A DNA stretch of 61,750 nucleotides, counting the filler. It is 4 parts of 4 records of this genome, joined end to end, with 100 filler letters (N's around TTAATTAATTAA, not from the genome) between each part and the next. Parts side by side here need not be neighbours in the genome. Positions count along the whole stretch, not along the records: positions 26,533 to 44,307 come from SRR2962707_4264; 3 more parts are not named here. The stretch is one strand, 5' to 3'. Numbering within the stretch: position 1 is the first letter of the stretch; each line of letters opens with the position of its first letter. The translations under genes and the position numbers were made by a program. Shown here one piece after another: positions 32,249 through 42,198 of the stretch. Under the pieces are notes generated by a model. The model searched no databases. It saw nothing but the letters and a program-made list of their open reading frames with translations, and had not been told where the DNA came from.

Positions 32249-33244
32249 ATGCAAGATATTCTGGCGCTCGCAAGCGCAAACCTGCTGTCACCTGCCGTTC
32301 TGTTTTTTGCGCTTGGCTTTCTGGGCACCATAGCAGGCGCGCATCTGACGCTTCCAGAAGCTGTAGCCAAGACCCTGTCGATCTACCTGATGCTTGCCAT
32401 CGGCTTCAAGGGCGGGGTGGCGGTGGCCCAGCATGGGCTCGGAGTGGACATCGTGCTGGCGCTGGTCGCCGGAATGGTGCTTTCGGCGCTCATTCCGCTG
32501 GTTGCGTTTGCCCTGCTGACCGTGATGGCGCGGCTTGACCGAGTCGACCGGGCCGCGGTTGCCGCTCATTACGGTTCGATCTCGATCGTGACCTTTGTTG
32601 CTGCCGGCGAAGCCTTGCGGGTCGCGGGTCTTGCATTCGAGGGCTATCTGGTCGCCGTTGCAGCAGTGATGGAAACCCCCGCCATCCTGGTTGCGCTCTA
32701 TCTGGCGCATGCGGGCAAGCCGTCAGGTGCTTCGCCTGCCAAGCCCGGTGCGCGGCAGGAAGGCCTGATGACGGAAGTCATGCTCAATTCCTCAGTCGTG
32801 GTGCTTGTCGGATCTTTTGTGATCGGGTTTCTGGCCGGGCCGAAGGGTTTAACGGATATCGCCCCATTCATCGTCGACCCGTTCAAAGGGGTGTTGTGCC
32901 TGTTCCTGCTTGATATGGGGGCGGTTGCGGGCCGCGGTATCCGCTCGGGGTGGAAGCATATGAGCCCGGGTTTGGTGCTGTTTGGTCTGGTCATGCCCTA
33001 TATCGGGGCGGTGTTCGCGCTTGGCGCGGGGCTTGCCATCGGTTTGTCGACCGGCGGCGTGGCACTTTTGATGGTTCTTGGCGCTTCGGCGTCCTATATT
33101 GCGGTGCCCGCGGCGCTACGGCTGGCACTTCCTGAGGCGAGGCCTTCTATCTATCTTACCTTGTCGCTCGGCATCACCTTTCCGATGAACCTGACCATCG
33201 GAATTCCCGCCTATATTGCACTGGCGCGGATAGCAGCCGGGTAG
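32249..33244 (+). CDS. sbtA: Sodium-dependent bicarbonate transporter family permease (SbtA-like/DUF897)
   Basis: IYLMLAIGFKGG, AHYGSISIVTF, FKGVLCLFLLDMG, SASYIAVPAA, ITFPMN; start ATG 32249. Confidence 0.85.
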   Translation: MQDILALASANLLSPAVLFFALGFLGTIAGAHLTLPEAVAKTLSIYLMLAIGFKGGVAVAQHGLGVDIVLALVAGMVLSALIPLVAFALLTVMARLDRVDRAAVAAHYGSISIVTFVAAGEALRVAGLAFEGYLVAVAAVMETPAILVALYLAHAGKPSGASPAKPGARQEGLMTEVMLNSSVVVLVGSFVIGFLAGPKGLTDIAPFIVDPFKGVLCLFLLDMGAVAGRGIRSGWKHMSPGLVLFGLVMPYIGAVFALGAGLAIGLSTGGVALLMVLGASASYIAVPAALRLALPEARPSIYLTLSLGITFPMNLTIGIPAYIALARIAAG

Positions 33245-33258
33245 CCTTGGAGATCACC

Positions 33259-33570
33259 ATGCAGACATTTGCCAAAAAACAGATCCAGATCATTTGCGAG
33301 CGACCCATCCTCAAGCGCGTTCAGCGCCATCTCTCGGAGGCTGGCGTCAAGGGGTTTACCGTTTTCCCGGCACTTTCCGGTTCGGGGTCGGAAGGTGAAT
33401 GGGACCGTGAGGGGATGATCGGCGATGCGGGGCAGATGGTGATGGTTCTGGTGGTGCTGGACGCTGAGGACCTTGACCGGGTGCTCGCCGATATCTTCGA
33501 TGTCGTCAGCGCGCAAATGGGCGTGATCACCATCAGTGACGTGGAAGTGGTGCGGCCTGACCGGTTTTGA
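33259..33570 (+). CDS. sbtB: PII-like protein (SbtB-type)
   Basis: KKQIQIICE...AGVKGFTV...GSGSEG...ISDVEVVRPDRF; immediately after the sbtA-like gene; GGAG RBS. Confidence 0.8.
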   Translation: MQTFAKKQIQIICERPILKRVQRHLSEAGVKGFTVFPALSGSGSEGEWDREGMIGDAGQMVMVLVVLDAEDLDRVLADIFDVVSAQMGVITISDVEVVRPDRF

Positions 33571-33674
33571 GCGGCCGTAACCAATTGGCGCGGAAACAGA
33601 CAAACATATTGTGATTTTCGTTTCTTTCGCTTTAGACTGGTTGCGAAACCAGAGACCTTCGGAAAACGATGCTT

Positions 33675-34445
33675 ATGTACCTCGCGCCGCGCCATTCTGA
33701 GATTATCGATCTCGCACGATCCGAAGGAAGGGTTCTGGTAGACGATCTGGCCGCCCGCTTTGATGTGACACCGCAAACCATCCGCAAGGATCTCAACGAC
33801 CTGTGCGAGCGTCAGTTGCTCATGCGCATCCATGGCGGTGCCGTTATTCCGTCCAGTACCCAGAACATGGAATACGCCCAGCGCGGCCAGATTGCCGCCG
33901 AGGAAAAACAGACAATCGGAACCGCTGCGGCAGCTCTGATACCCGACAACGCATCGCTGTTTATCAATATCGGGACAACCACTGAAGCCGTCAGTCAGGC
34001 TTTGCTGCGCCACGGGCGGCTGATGATCATCACCAACAACATCAATGTTGCCAACCGGATGCGGCCCTACACCCAGTTCGAAGTGGTCATTGCCGGCGGG
34101 GTGGTGCGGGCGTCCGACGGGGGTATCGTCGGCGAGGCGGCGGTGGATTTCATCCGCCAGTTCAAAGTGGACTATGCGGTGATCGGCACGTCGGCCATCG
34201 ACCCGGACGGCGCTCTGCTCGATTATGATTTCCGCGAGGTCAAAGTGGCGCAAGCCATCATTGCCAATGCGCGCCATGTGATCCTGGTGGCGGATTCGAC
34301 GAAATTCGAGCGCACAGCCCCGGTTCGAATCGGACATCTCGAACAAGTTGACACCTTCGTCACCGACCATTGCCCGGATGACAGGGTACGCAAGATATGC
34401 CGTGATTTCGATGTCGAACTGATAGAGACCATGCGGCTTCCCTGA
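33675..34445 (+). CDS. glpR: DeoR/GlpR-family transcriptional regulator
   Basis: FDVTPQTIRKDLN, RIHGGA, FINIGTT, LLDYDFREV. Confidence 0.85.
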   Translation: MYLAPRHSEIIDLARSEGRVLVDDLAARFDVTPQTIRKDLNDLCERQLLMRIHGGAVIPSSTQNMEYAQRGQIAAEEKQTIGTAAAALIPDNASLFINIGTTTEAVSQALLRHGRLMIITNNINVANRMRPYTQFEVVIAGGVVRASDGGIVGEAAVDFIRQFKVDYAVIGTSAIDPDGALLDYDFREVKVAQAIIANARHVILVADSTKFERTAPVRIGHLEQVDTFVTDHCPDDRVRKICRDFDVELIETMRLP

Positions 34446-34714
34446 TCTTCGGGAGCCCGGATTTCCCCATCCTTTCCCTGTTCTTTGCCGCAAACATCGT
34501 TGCTGTGCTATCTGTTGCCATGAGGACACTGCCTGGAAACAATAGCTCGCGGTAGGGCGATTCCAGCTTACTGTCCTTTTTTGACTTAGCTCATGCCACT
34601 ATATAGCCAAAACATAGACATCCGATTTTGGTGGACTGACCATAATCGTGACAGTTATTTTTGGCGCGGCTTCGATCGGTCTGTGCGCATTATAAAATTG
34701 AGAGCAGGTTCATC

Positions 34715-35854
34715 ATGGCTTTGCCAAGGTTTCATACCGTCGCAGCTTTCGTGGTCCTTGCCGTGTCCGCGGCCTGGGTGCTGACTGGCGAGTTCTCGTC
34801 CATTGGCAGTGCTGCGCAAGACACATCGGCCGATGAGCCAAAGGTCGAGCAACCCGCACCCGAAAAAGTCTTGCGCACTGTCGCGGTGATCGAACCTGCG
34901 TTTATCCAACACAACCGCATCATCCGGATTTCCGGGGTTACTGCGCCGGACAAGCGAACGACACTTGCCACGCGCAGTGCCGGGATCCTCGGTGAGCTGA
35001 AGGTTGAAAAGGGCGACCGGGTGAAGGCCGGCGATGTCATTCTGGTTCTCGATGGTGCTGAAAAACAATCGATGGTGACCACTGCCGAAGCGTTGCTGGA
35101 TCAGCGCCGCAAAGAGGCGGAAAATGTCGAACGATTGGTCAAGACGGGCATCGCGCCGACGACGCAGATGGACAATGCGCGTTCGGCCCTGGCTTCGGCT
35201 CGCTCGCAGCTTGAGGCGGCCCAGGCGGAGATCGACCGACTGACAGTGGTTGCGCCGTTTTCCGGAATTATCGATCAGGTTAAGGTCGAAGAGGGCAGCT
35301 GGCTTCCTTCCGGCGAAGATGTTGCCGTTCTGATTCAACTTGATCCGGTGGTGGCGCTCGGTGAAGTCAGTGAGCGCGAAATCGCCCATGTCAGCGTTGG
35401 TCGCGATGCCGACGTACGGTTGATCAGCGGCGAGATTGTCTCCGGAACCGTCAGGCATGTCAGTCTTGAAGCCACCGCGGGCACGCGCACCTTCCCGATC
35501 GAAGTTGCCATTGCAAACCCCGACGCCAAGGTTCCCTCCGGCATGACCGCCGAAATCATGGTGAAATCTGAAGCCGTGAGTGCGGTCAAGCTGCCACGCT
35601 CGGTGGTGACGCTGGACCCGTCCGGAAATCTTGGACTGAGGATTTTGAAAGCCGACGGTACTGTCGGTTTTGTGCCAATTGATCTGATCGACGACACACC
35701 CGACGGACTTATCTTGAGCGGGGTGCCCGCGGACGCGAAGATAATTGTTGCCGGTCAGGATCTTGTCACTGATGGTGAGAGCGTCAACGCCGTACCTGCC
35801 GATTCCAGCCTTGTCACAGGGGCGACCGCCAAATCGGCGGAGCAATCGCGATGA
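34715..35854 (+). CDS. RND efflux periplasmic adaptor (MFP)
   Basis: N-terminal TM, VEKGDRVKAGD lipoyl motif, APFSG, TRTFPIE, GMTAE. Confidence 0.9.
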   Translation: MALPRFHTVAAFVVLAVSAAWVLTGEFSSIGSAAQDTSADEPKVEQPAPEKVLRTVAVIEPAFIQHNRIIRISGVTAPDKRTTLATRSAGILGELKVEKGDRVKAGDVILVLDGAEKQSMVTTAEALLDQRRKEAENVERLVKTGIAPTTQMDNARSALASARSQLEAAQAEIDRLTVVAPFSGIIDQVKVEEGSWLPSGEDVAVLIQLDPVVALGEVSEREIAHVSVGRDADVRLISGEIVSGTVRHVSLEATAGTRTFPIEVAIANPDAKVPSGMTAEIMVKSEAVSAVKLPRSVVTLDPSGNLGLRILKADGTVGFVPIDLIDDTPDGLILSGVPADAKIIVAGQDLVTDGESVNAVPADSSLVTGATAKSAEQSR

Positions 35855-38800
35855 ATTTTGTCGACGTCGCCATCCGCAATGCGCGGCTGACAATCGCGGT
35901 CCTGCTGTTCCTCATCGTCGCAGGTACGATGGCCTACATCTCCATTCCCAAGGAAGCCGAACCCGACATCCAGATCCCGGTCATCTATGTGAGCATGGGC
36001 TATCAGGGTATCTCGCCCGAGGATTCCGAGCGGTTGCTGCTTCGTCCGATGGAGACCAAGCTCAAGAACATCACCGGTATCAAGAAGATGACGTCGACCG
36101 CCTATCAGGGCGGCGGCAATGTGTTGATCGAGTTCAACGCCGGTGCCGATCTGGCCAAAGCTCTCGATGATGTGCGCACAAAGGTTTCAGATGCCAAGCC
36201 GGACCTGCCGCAAGGTGCGGACGAGCCGACCGTCAACGAGGTGAATATCTCCGAGTTTCCTGTGCTGGTGGTCACGCTCGCCGGCGATGTTCCCGAACGC
36301 GCGCTTACCGGTGCTGCCCGCGAACTCAGGGACCGGATTGAAGAGGTCAACGGCGTTCTGGAAGCCAAGCTTCAGGGCGCACGTGATGATCTGGTCGAGG
36401 TGATCATCGATCCTGTGAAACTGTCTTCCTATGGAATGCAGCTGGACCAGCTTATTGCCGGCGTCAATGCCTCCAACTCGGTGGTTGCAGCCGGGGCGAT
36501 GGAAGGTGTGGAAGGGCGCTATTCGATCAAGGTTCCGTTGCTCATCGAGACCATAGAGGACATTGCAAACCTGCCGATTATAGCAGGCTCCAACGCCGTG
36601 GTCCGGGCTCGCGATCTTGCCTCCATCCGCGCCTCCTTCAAGGATGCGGAGACGATCACCCGGCTTAATGGCAAGCCTGCGATCGCGATCGAGGTGTCCA
36701 AGCGTGTGGGCGCAAACCTGATCGAAACGGTCGATGCGGTCAAAGAGGTTGCCACCCAGTACAAAACGCTGCTGCCTGAAGGCGCGGTCATCAGTTTCAG
36801 CCAGGACAAGTCGACCTCCATCCGGCAATTGCTGGGTGACTTGCAGAACTCGGTTCTGACGGCCGTCATCCTGGTCTTCATCGTCATTCTCTACGCCTTG
36901 TCTGGCCGGGCCTCGCTGCTGATCGGCTTTGCCATTCCCGCATCGTTCCTGATGGGAATTCTGGGGCTGTCGCTGGCCGGACTGACGGTCAACATCGTCG
37001 TGTTGTTCAGTCTGATCCTGGCGGTCGGCATGCTGGTGGATGACGCCATCATCGTCACCGAATTTGCCGAACGCCGCATGAGCGAAGGCATGGACCGGAA
37101 AGAAGCCTTCTCAATGGCCGCCAAACGCATGGCAGGTCCTGTCGTGGCGGCAACGCTGACCCGTGTGGCCGCTTTCTCGCCGCTGCTGTTCTGGCCCGGT
37201 ACGGTCGGCGAGTTCATGAAATACATGCCGATCACGCTGATTGCGACTTTGTCGGCATCCCTGCTCTATGCGCTTGTCTTCACACCGACGCTGGGCGCCA
37301 TGTTTGCCAAGCCGATGGTCGAGGACGGGCCAAAGCGTGACGGTCTCTACATGAAGTTTGTCAGCCGCGCGGTGCGCCATCCGTTTATCGTGGTGTTCCT
37401 GACGCTGGCCGCTCTTGTGGTGGTGCCGGTTGCCTATGGCAAATACGGCAACGGGGTTGAGTTTTTCCCCAATGTCGAGCCTGACTATGGCCTGCTCTAT
37501 GTGCATGCCCGCGGTAATCTTTCGCTTGAAGAAAAGGACCACGCGGTGCGCATGGTCGAGGAGCGGATCATCGGTTGGCCGGGGCTGACCAGCGTTTATA
37601 CCCGCGTCGGCAAGGTCAGCGGCGGCGGCAATTCCGTGGCCGAGGACGTGGTGGGCGTTATCCAGTATGAATTTGTCGATTGGCGAGAGCGCAAACCGGC
37701 GGGTGAAATCCTTGAGGATTTCCGGCGAGAGCTGACCGGTTTCCCAGGCATCGATATCGAGGTGCAGGTGCCTGAAGGCGGTCCACCGACCGGAAAGGCA
37801 ATCCAGATTCAATTGTCTGCAGTGAACCCGGCGGGCTTGCCTGACGTTGCACGCAGGGTTGCAGCCCAGCTTGAGGCCACTCCCAATGTGATCGATGTTT
37901 CCGATGGCCTGCCGCCGCCCGGTGTTGACTGGGAAATCCGGGTCGACCGATCTGTAGCGGCCAGGTACGGAATTGGCCCCTCAGCCGTGGGCACGGTGGT
38001 GCAGCTGGTGACCACCGGCTTGAAACTGACCGACTACCGCCCCGCCGGTGTCGATGACGCGGTTGATATTCGGCTCAGGCTGCCTGAGGAGCGACGCACC
38101 CTGTCGACGCTTGATGATCTTCGTGTTGAAACTGCTCAGGGTTCGGTGCCGATCTCGAATTTTGTGACCCGTGTTGCTGCGCCAAGTGTCGGCACGCTGA
38201 CCCGGCTGGATGGTGTGCGCACTGTCACTGTCGAAGCGGGCATTCGCGACGGCATTCAGGCGGACGCACTGCGCCAGGGAATTGTTGCCGAGTTGGAAAA
38301 TGCCAACCTGGAAGATCTGGGCATTCGCTGGAAACTGGCGGGTGAGGACGAAGAGCAAAAGGCTGCTGGCGAATTCTTGTCCAAGGCAGCGGGCGCTGCG
38401 GTGTTTTTGATCTTTGTTGTATTGCTGGCGCAGTTCAACAAGTTCCTCTCGGTTGCGCTGGTGCTGTCCGCGGTGGTGATGTCGACAATCGGCGTCTTCC
38501 TCGGCCTGCTCATAACCGGGCAGCCCTTTGGAATTGTCATGACCGGAATCGGCATTATCGCGCTTGCCGGTGTGGTGGTGAACAACAACATCGTGTTGAT
38601 CGATACCTATGACCATTTGCGGCGTGAGGGCGTCGACAAGCTGGATGCGATCCTTGAAACCTGCCGTGAACGTGTTCGTCCCGTCATGCTCACTGCCATC
38701 ACTGCGATCCTCGGGGTGTTTCCGATTGCCTTCGGGGTAAATCTCGAGCTGATGGCGCATGAGACAACGTTTGGGGCGCCGTCGACGCAATGGTGGATAT

Positions 38801-38994
38801 CGCTGTCCAGCGCGATTGTTTTCGGTCTGGCGTTCTCGACCATTCTGACGCTTGTTGTCACACCATCGCTGCTGATGATCGTAACGCGGTCGAAGGACAG
38901 CAAGGTTACGGCCTGGTGGAACCGGTTGAAATTCCGGGTTGGCCTTGGGACTAAACCAGTGATAGCCGGCGCGCACACCGAGGCTGCCGAGTAA
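35851..38994 (+). CDS. RND efflux permease (AcrB/AcrD/AcrF family)
   Basis: 1047 aa, GMLVDDAII, GVVVNNNIVLID, RVRPVMLT. Confidence 0.95.
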   Translation: MNFVDVAIRNARLTIAVLLFLIVAGTMAYISIPKEAEPDIQIPVIYVSMGYQGISPEDSERLLLRPMETKLKNITGIKKMTSTAYQGGGNVLIEFNAGADLAKALDDVRTKVSDAKPDLPQGADEPTVNEVNISEFPVLVVTLAGDVPERALTGAARELRDRIEEVNGVLEAKLQGARDDLVEVIIDPVKLSSYGMQLDQLIAGVNASNSVVAAGAMEGVEGRYSIKVPLLIETIEDIANLPIIAGSNAVVRARDLASIRASFKDAETITRLNGKPAIAIEVSKRVGANLIETVDAVKEVATQYKTLLPEGAVISFSQDKSTSIRQLLGDLQNSVLTAVILVFIVILYALSGRASLLIGFAIPASFLMGILGLSLAGLTVNIVVLFSLILAVGMLVDDAIIVTEFAERRMSEGMDRKEAFSMAAKRMAGPVVAATLTRVAAFSPLLFWPGTVGEFMKYMPITLIATLSASLLYALVFTPTLGAMFAKPMVEDGPKRDGLYMKFVSRAVRHPFIVVFLTLAALVVVPVAYGKYGNGVEFFPNVEPDYGLLYVHARGNLSLEEKDHAVRMVEERIIGWPGLTSVYTRVGKVSGGGNSVAEDVVGVIQYEFVDWRERKPAGEILEDFRRELTGFPGIDIEVQVPEGGPPTGKAIQIQLSAVNPAGLPDVARRVAAQLEATPNVIDVSDGLPPPGVDWEIRVDRSVAARYGIGPSAVGTVVQLVTTGLKLTDYRPAGVDDAVDIRLRLPEERRTLSTLDDLRVETAQGSVPISNFVTRVAAPSVGTLTRLDGVRTVTVEAGIRDGIQADALRQGIVAELENANLEDLGIRWKLAGEDEEQKAAGEFLSKAAGAAVFLIFVVLLAQFNKFLSVALVLSAVVMSTIGVFLGLLITGQPFGIVMTGIGIIALAGVVVNNNIVLIDTYDHLRREGVDKLDAILETCRERVRPVMLTAITAILGVFPIAFGVNLELMAHETTFGAPSTQWWISLSSAIVFGLAFSTILTLVVTPSLLMIVTRSKDSKVTAWWNRLKFRVGLGTKPVIAGAHTEAAE

Positions 38995-39022
38995 GGCTCT
39001 AATTCCTGAATTGGATGTCAAC

Positions 39023-39061
39023 AAAGAACGCTTGGGCTTATCGGCCTGAGCGTTCTTTTTT
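39023..39061 (+). terminator. Intrinsic terminator between convergent RND and SLAC1 genes
   Basis: AAAGAACGCTTGGGC-ttatcg-GCCTGAGCGTTCTTT(TTT), 15-bp stem with two G-U pairs. Confidence 0.75.
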
Positions 39062-39092
39062 ATGGGCGCCGGCCGCGTGGCGGTTTCGGATC

Positions 39093-40064
39093 TTACTCCG
39101 GCTGGCAGATCTGCTTGGCCCGGATCGCCTGCGCTGTCCGCACCACAAGAGTGGCGACCGCGAAGGCGAGCACAGTGGTCAGTGCAAATCCGATCATGCG
39201 ATGGCCATGCGATCCGGTTTCATGGGCAAAGACAAAGGAGGCGACCGACAGGGCGGCAATCGGGAAGGTCAATGCCCACCAGGACAGCGCGAATGGAAGC
39301 CGGAAGAAGCGCGGTGCCTGTGTCAGCACGATCAGCGCGAAGACATATGCGATGTTGAGCAGCACGCGTCCAAAGGCTTCGACATCTCCGGTCAACCGCA
39401 CCCAGGCGATAAAGGCCACGGCCGGTGGAGCAATCAGGATCACCAGCGTCGGCATCAGCCGGGCGGGCAGGGGATCATGGAAGATCAGACGGTTCATGAC
39501 CAGGGTGAGAAGCAGGATCCAGAACAAGATACCTGCCGAGAAAAACAGCCATGACAGTCCGCTCTCGCCGAAGCCAACTCCTGCGAGCGGCACCAGCACA
39601 TTGCCCACCGCCGGAATGAACCAGGCAGGGGAGAGGTGCAATGGCTGGAATGTCCGGTGTCCGATCCAGTTGGCGATGACGCTGAGCGATAAAATTCCTT
39701 GTGCAACAAGCCCAATGATCCAGATAACATAGGCTGTATCTGGCATGCGTGGGGTCAAGGCAGTCCCCAGCAGCAGAAGGGAAATGGAGATCGCCGGAAA
39801 GAAGGCGATGCGGACCGGATGGTTCCATTCGGCACGAACCGCCGCAGGGTGTCTGACAAGCTTCAAGGTATAGAATGCGGCCAGCACGGCAAACACGGCG
39901 ACAGCAATCCCGAGTGTAAACTGCGAGAGGCTACCGGACGATCCGGCTGCCGTTTCCGCAGCAGCAAGAGACAAGGACAATCCCAGCAGGCCCATCATGA
40001 CCGCGAAAAATGTGATCGGGAAATTTTCAAGCCGGTCAGGCTCGGTTGCGGGCATGGCGACCAT
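39093..40064 (-). CDS. SLAC1/TehA-family anion channel
   Basis: FFAVMMGL, EWNHPVRIAFFPA, PAWFIPAVGN, ILIAPPA, FALSWWALTFP. Confidence 0.9.
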   Translation of the reverse strand: MVAMPATEPDRLENFPITFFAVMMGLLGLSLSLAAAETAAGSSGSLSQFTLGIAVAVFAVLAAFYTLKLVRHPAAVRAEWNHPVRIAFFPAISISLLLLGTALTPRMPDTAYVIWIIGLVAQGILSLSVIANWIGHRTFQPLHLSPAWFIPAVGNVLVPLAGVGFGESGLSWLFFSAGILFWILLLTLVMNRLIFHDPLPARLMPTLVILIAPPAVAFIAWVRLTGDVEAFGRVLLNIAYVFALIVLTQAPRFFRLPFALSWWALTFPIAALSVASFVFAHETGSHGHRMIGFALTTVLAFAVATLVVRTAQAIRAKQICQPE

Positions 40065-40212
40065 GGTTCAAACTGATCCTTTGTTTCTGGTTCTCCAGAC
40101 CTTGCCGAACCCGGAATGCCCGGTCCATGACAAGGATCAAACGGAAAACGCAGCTGTCGCGTTGCGTGAGCAGAACGCTGGCACCGGTAAGTCTGTGCGC
40201 TCAACCGGCCCT

Positions 40213-41526
40213 TTACATCTGGGATGGCAGGAACAGGACCAGCCAGGGAAACAGCACCAGGATCAGCAACCGGACAATGTCCATCATCCAGAACGGTGTC
40301 ACGCCCCTGAAGATGGTGCCGACAGAGATGTCTCCGACCACGCTTTTGAGGATGAAGACATTCAAGCCGACCGGCGGCGTGATCAGGCTGATTTCAGTGA
40401 CGACCACGACAACGATGCCGAACCAGACCGGGTCGAACCCGAGCCCGATGACAATCGGGAAGAAGATCGGCACCGTCAAAAGCAGCATCGAGAGGCTTTC
40501 GAACACGCAGCCCAACGCCACGTAGATCAGAATGATGACGGTCATCACCAGCCAGGGCGACAAGTCAGCGCTGACGATCATGTCTTTCAGGCCTTCGGGC
40601 AGACCGGCATAGTTGACGAAGTTCGAGAAAATCCATGCGCCAATCAGCACACTGAACAGCTGCGCGGTGGTGGTTGCTGTTTCCTTGAGCACGGTGATGG
40701 TTTCGCGGACCGACAGCGTTCCACGGAACAGGGCAATCAGAAAGGCGCCCATTGCGCCCATGCCTGCCGCTTCAGTCGGCGAGAAGGTCAGGTGGATCGG
40801 CCAGAAATCAAGCGCACCGTAGAGCCCGCCGATAACCAGGAAAAACAGCAGCAGAACCGACCAGACACCCCGCAGGGCCTGGAGCTTTTCAGCCAGGCTG
40901 AAACGCCGGCCGGCCGGGCCTGCGGCGGGGTTGCGGTAGACCGAGATCTGCACCGCGACCAGATAAAACAGGATGCCGAGAATGCCAGGAATGATGCCGG
41001 CGATGAACAGTTTGCCGATGGAGGTTTCGGTGAGCAGGCCGTAAATCACCAGAATGACGGAGGGCGGGATCAGGATGCCGAGCGTGCCGCCTGCGGCAAT
41101 CGAGGCTGAAGAGAGTTCATCGGAATAGCCGAGCTTGCGCATTTCCGGCATCACCACCTTGGACATGGTGGCAGCAGTTGCCAGTGAAGAACCGCAGATG
41201 GCGGCAAAGCCACCGCAAGCGGCGATGGTGGCCATCGCCAGTCCACCGCGAAAATGGCCGAGAAAGGCGTTGGAGACCTGGTAGAGTTCGCGGCTGATGC
41301 CGCCCTTGTTGACGAACAGGCCCATGAGAATGAACAGCGGCACGACGGACAGGCCGTAGTCCTGGCTGGTGTCGATGATCAGCCTGGACACCAGGGAAAT
41401 TGCCGCCCGGAAGCTGGTTTCGTAGGTCATGCCGGCCATGCCGACAATGGCCATGGCGAACGCAATAGGCATGCGCAGCAGCACCAGCAGCAGCACTGCG
41501 GCAAAACCAATCATGGATTCAATCAT
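40213..41526 (-). CDS. dctM: TRAP transporter large permease
   Basis: VPLFILMG, GSSLATAA, GGTLGILIPPS, ITPPVGLNVF. Confidence 0.93.
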   Translation of the reverse strand: MIESMIGFAAVLLLVLLRMPIAFAMAIVGMAGMTYETSFRAAISLVSRLIIDTSQDYGLSVVPLFILMGLFVNKGGISRELYQVSNAFLGHFRGGLAMATIAACGGFAAICGSSLATAATMSKVVMPEMRKLGYSDELSSASIAAGGTLGILIPPSVILVIYGLLTETSIGKLFIAGIIPGILGILFYLVAVQISVYRNPAAGPAGRRFSLAEKLQALRGVWSVLLLFFLVIGGLYGALDFWPIHLTFSPTEAAGMGAMGAFLIALFRGTLSVRETITVLKETATTTAQLFSVLIGAWIFSNFVNYAGLPEGLKDMIVSADLSPWLVMTVIILIYVALGCVFESLSMLLLTVPIFFPIVIGLGFDPVWFGIVVVVVTEISLITPPVGLNVFILKSVVGDISVGTIFRGVTPFWMMDIVRLLILVLFPWLVLFLPSQM

Positions 41527-42026
41527 TTTTCGCCTCGGAGCAGGTCTGGCATGAAGAGAATGACAAGTCCGCGCAGCGCCATGGAGATCGCGGTAACAAG
41601 GGTCATGAAAGCGATGAACCAGGTGATGTAGAAGACCGGGATGGAGAGGTACTCGGTCAAATCACCATAACTGTTGGCGCGCGCGGCGAGATCGAAAGAT
41701 CGCATGGCGGGCCAATAGAGCAGGACGCCGCAGACCAGCGTAATCAGACCCTCGAGAACTCTCTGAATACCGGCACGCTGAAACAGCGGGTCGAGCAGAT
41801 CGACCACGATGTGATCGGCACGTGCCGACACCACGGGAAGCGCAGAAAACACGATGACTGCCATGGCAATGCGGGTGAGCTCGGTGGCGGCTTCGATCGG
41901 CGCGGAGAAAGTGGAGCGCATGATGACGTCGGCAAATGTCAGCACCATAAGGACAAACAGCGTCGCCGCGGCAAGGAGCATCGGCAGCTCCGCCAAACGG
42001 TTCAACACTTTGGCGATGGACTTCAT
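41523..42026 (-). CDS. dctQ: TRAP transporter small permease
   Basis: Four TM segments, DVIMR...ELT...HIVVD; between dctP and dctM. Confidence 0.88.
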   Translation of the reverse strand: MKSIAKVLNRLAELPMLLAAATLFVLMVLTFADVIMRSTFSAPIEAATELTRIAMAVIVFSALPVVSARADHIVVDLLDPLFQRAGIQRVLEGLITLVCGVLLYWPAMRSFDLAARANSYGDLTEYLSIPVFYITWFIAFMTLVTAISMALRGLVILFMPDLLRGEK

Positions 42027-42038
42027 GAAAGGCTCCTG

Positions 42039-42192
42039 GTGGTCTGACCGGAACAGATGGTACCCATCTGTTCCGGTCAGACCACAAGTTATTGATCAAG
42101 TAGGGCGATTAGTCCTGACAGATGGGAACCATCCGTCAGGATCGCATCACTAGCGAGCGGTGTTGCGGAGGCGCGAAAGCCGCGCCCCCGCA
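42039..42192. repeat. Three tandem hairpins in the dctP-dctQ intercistronic region
   Basis: Perfect 22-bp inverted repeat 42039-42060/42064-42085; 13-bp stem 42113-42141; 12-bp stem 42164-42192. Confidence 0.85.
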
Positions 42193-42198
42193 GTGATG

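Noticed and set aside
33321..34529. Long antisense ORFs, e.g. 33321-34529, 34655-35893, 44409-45572, 46940-48499, 56852-58162, 22360-23448
   Set aside because: Shadows of well-supported genes on the opposite strand, expected in high-GC DNA; no recognisable motifs
42039..42141. Possible mini-CRISPR array from the related hairpins
   Set aside because: Only two non-identical units of unequal length, no regular spacers and no cas genes
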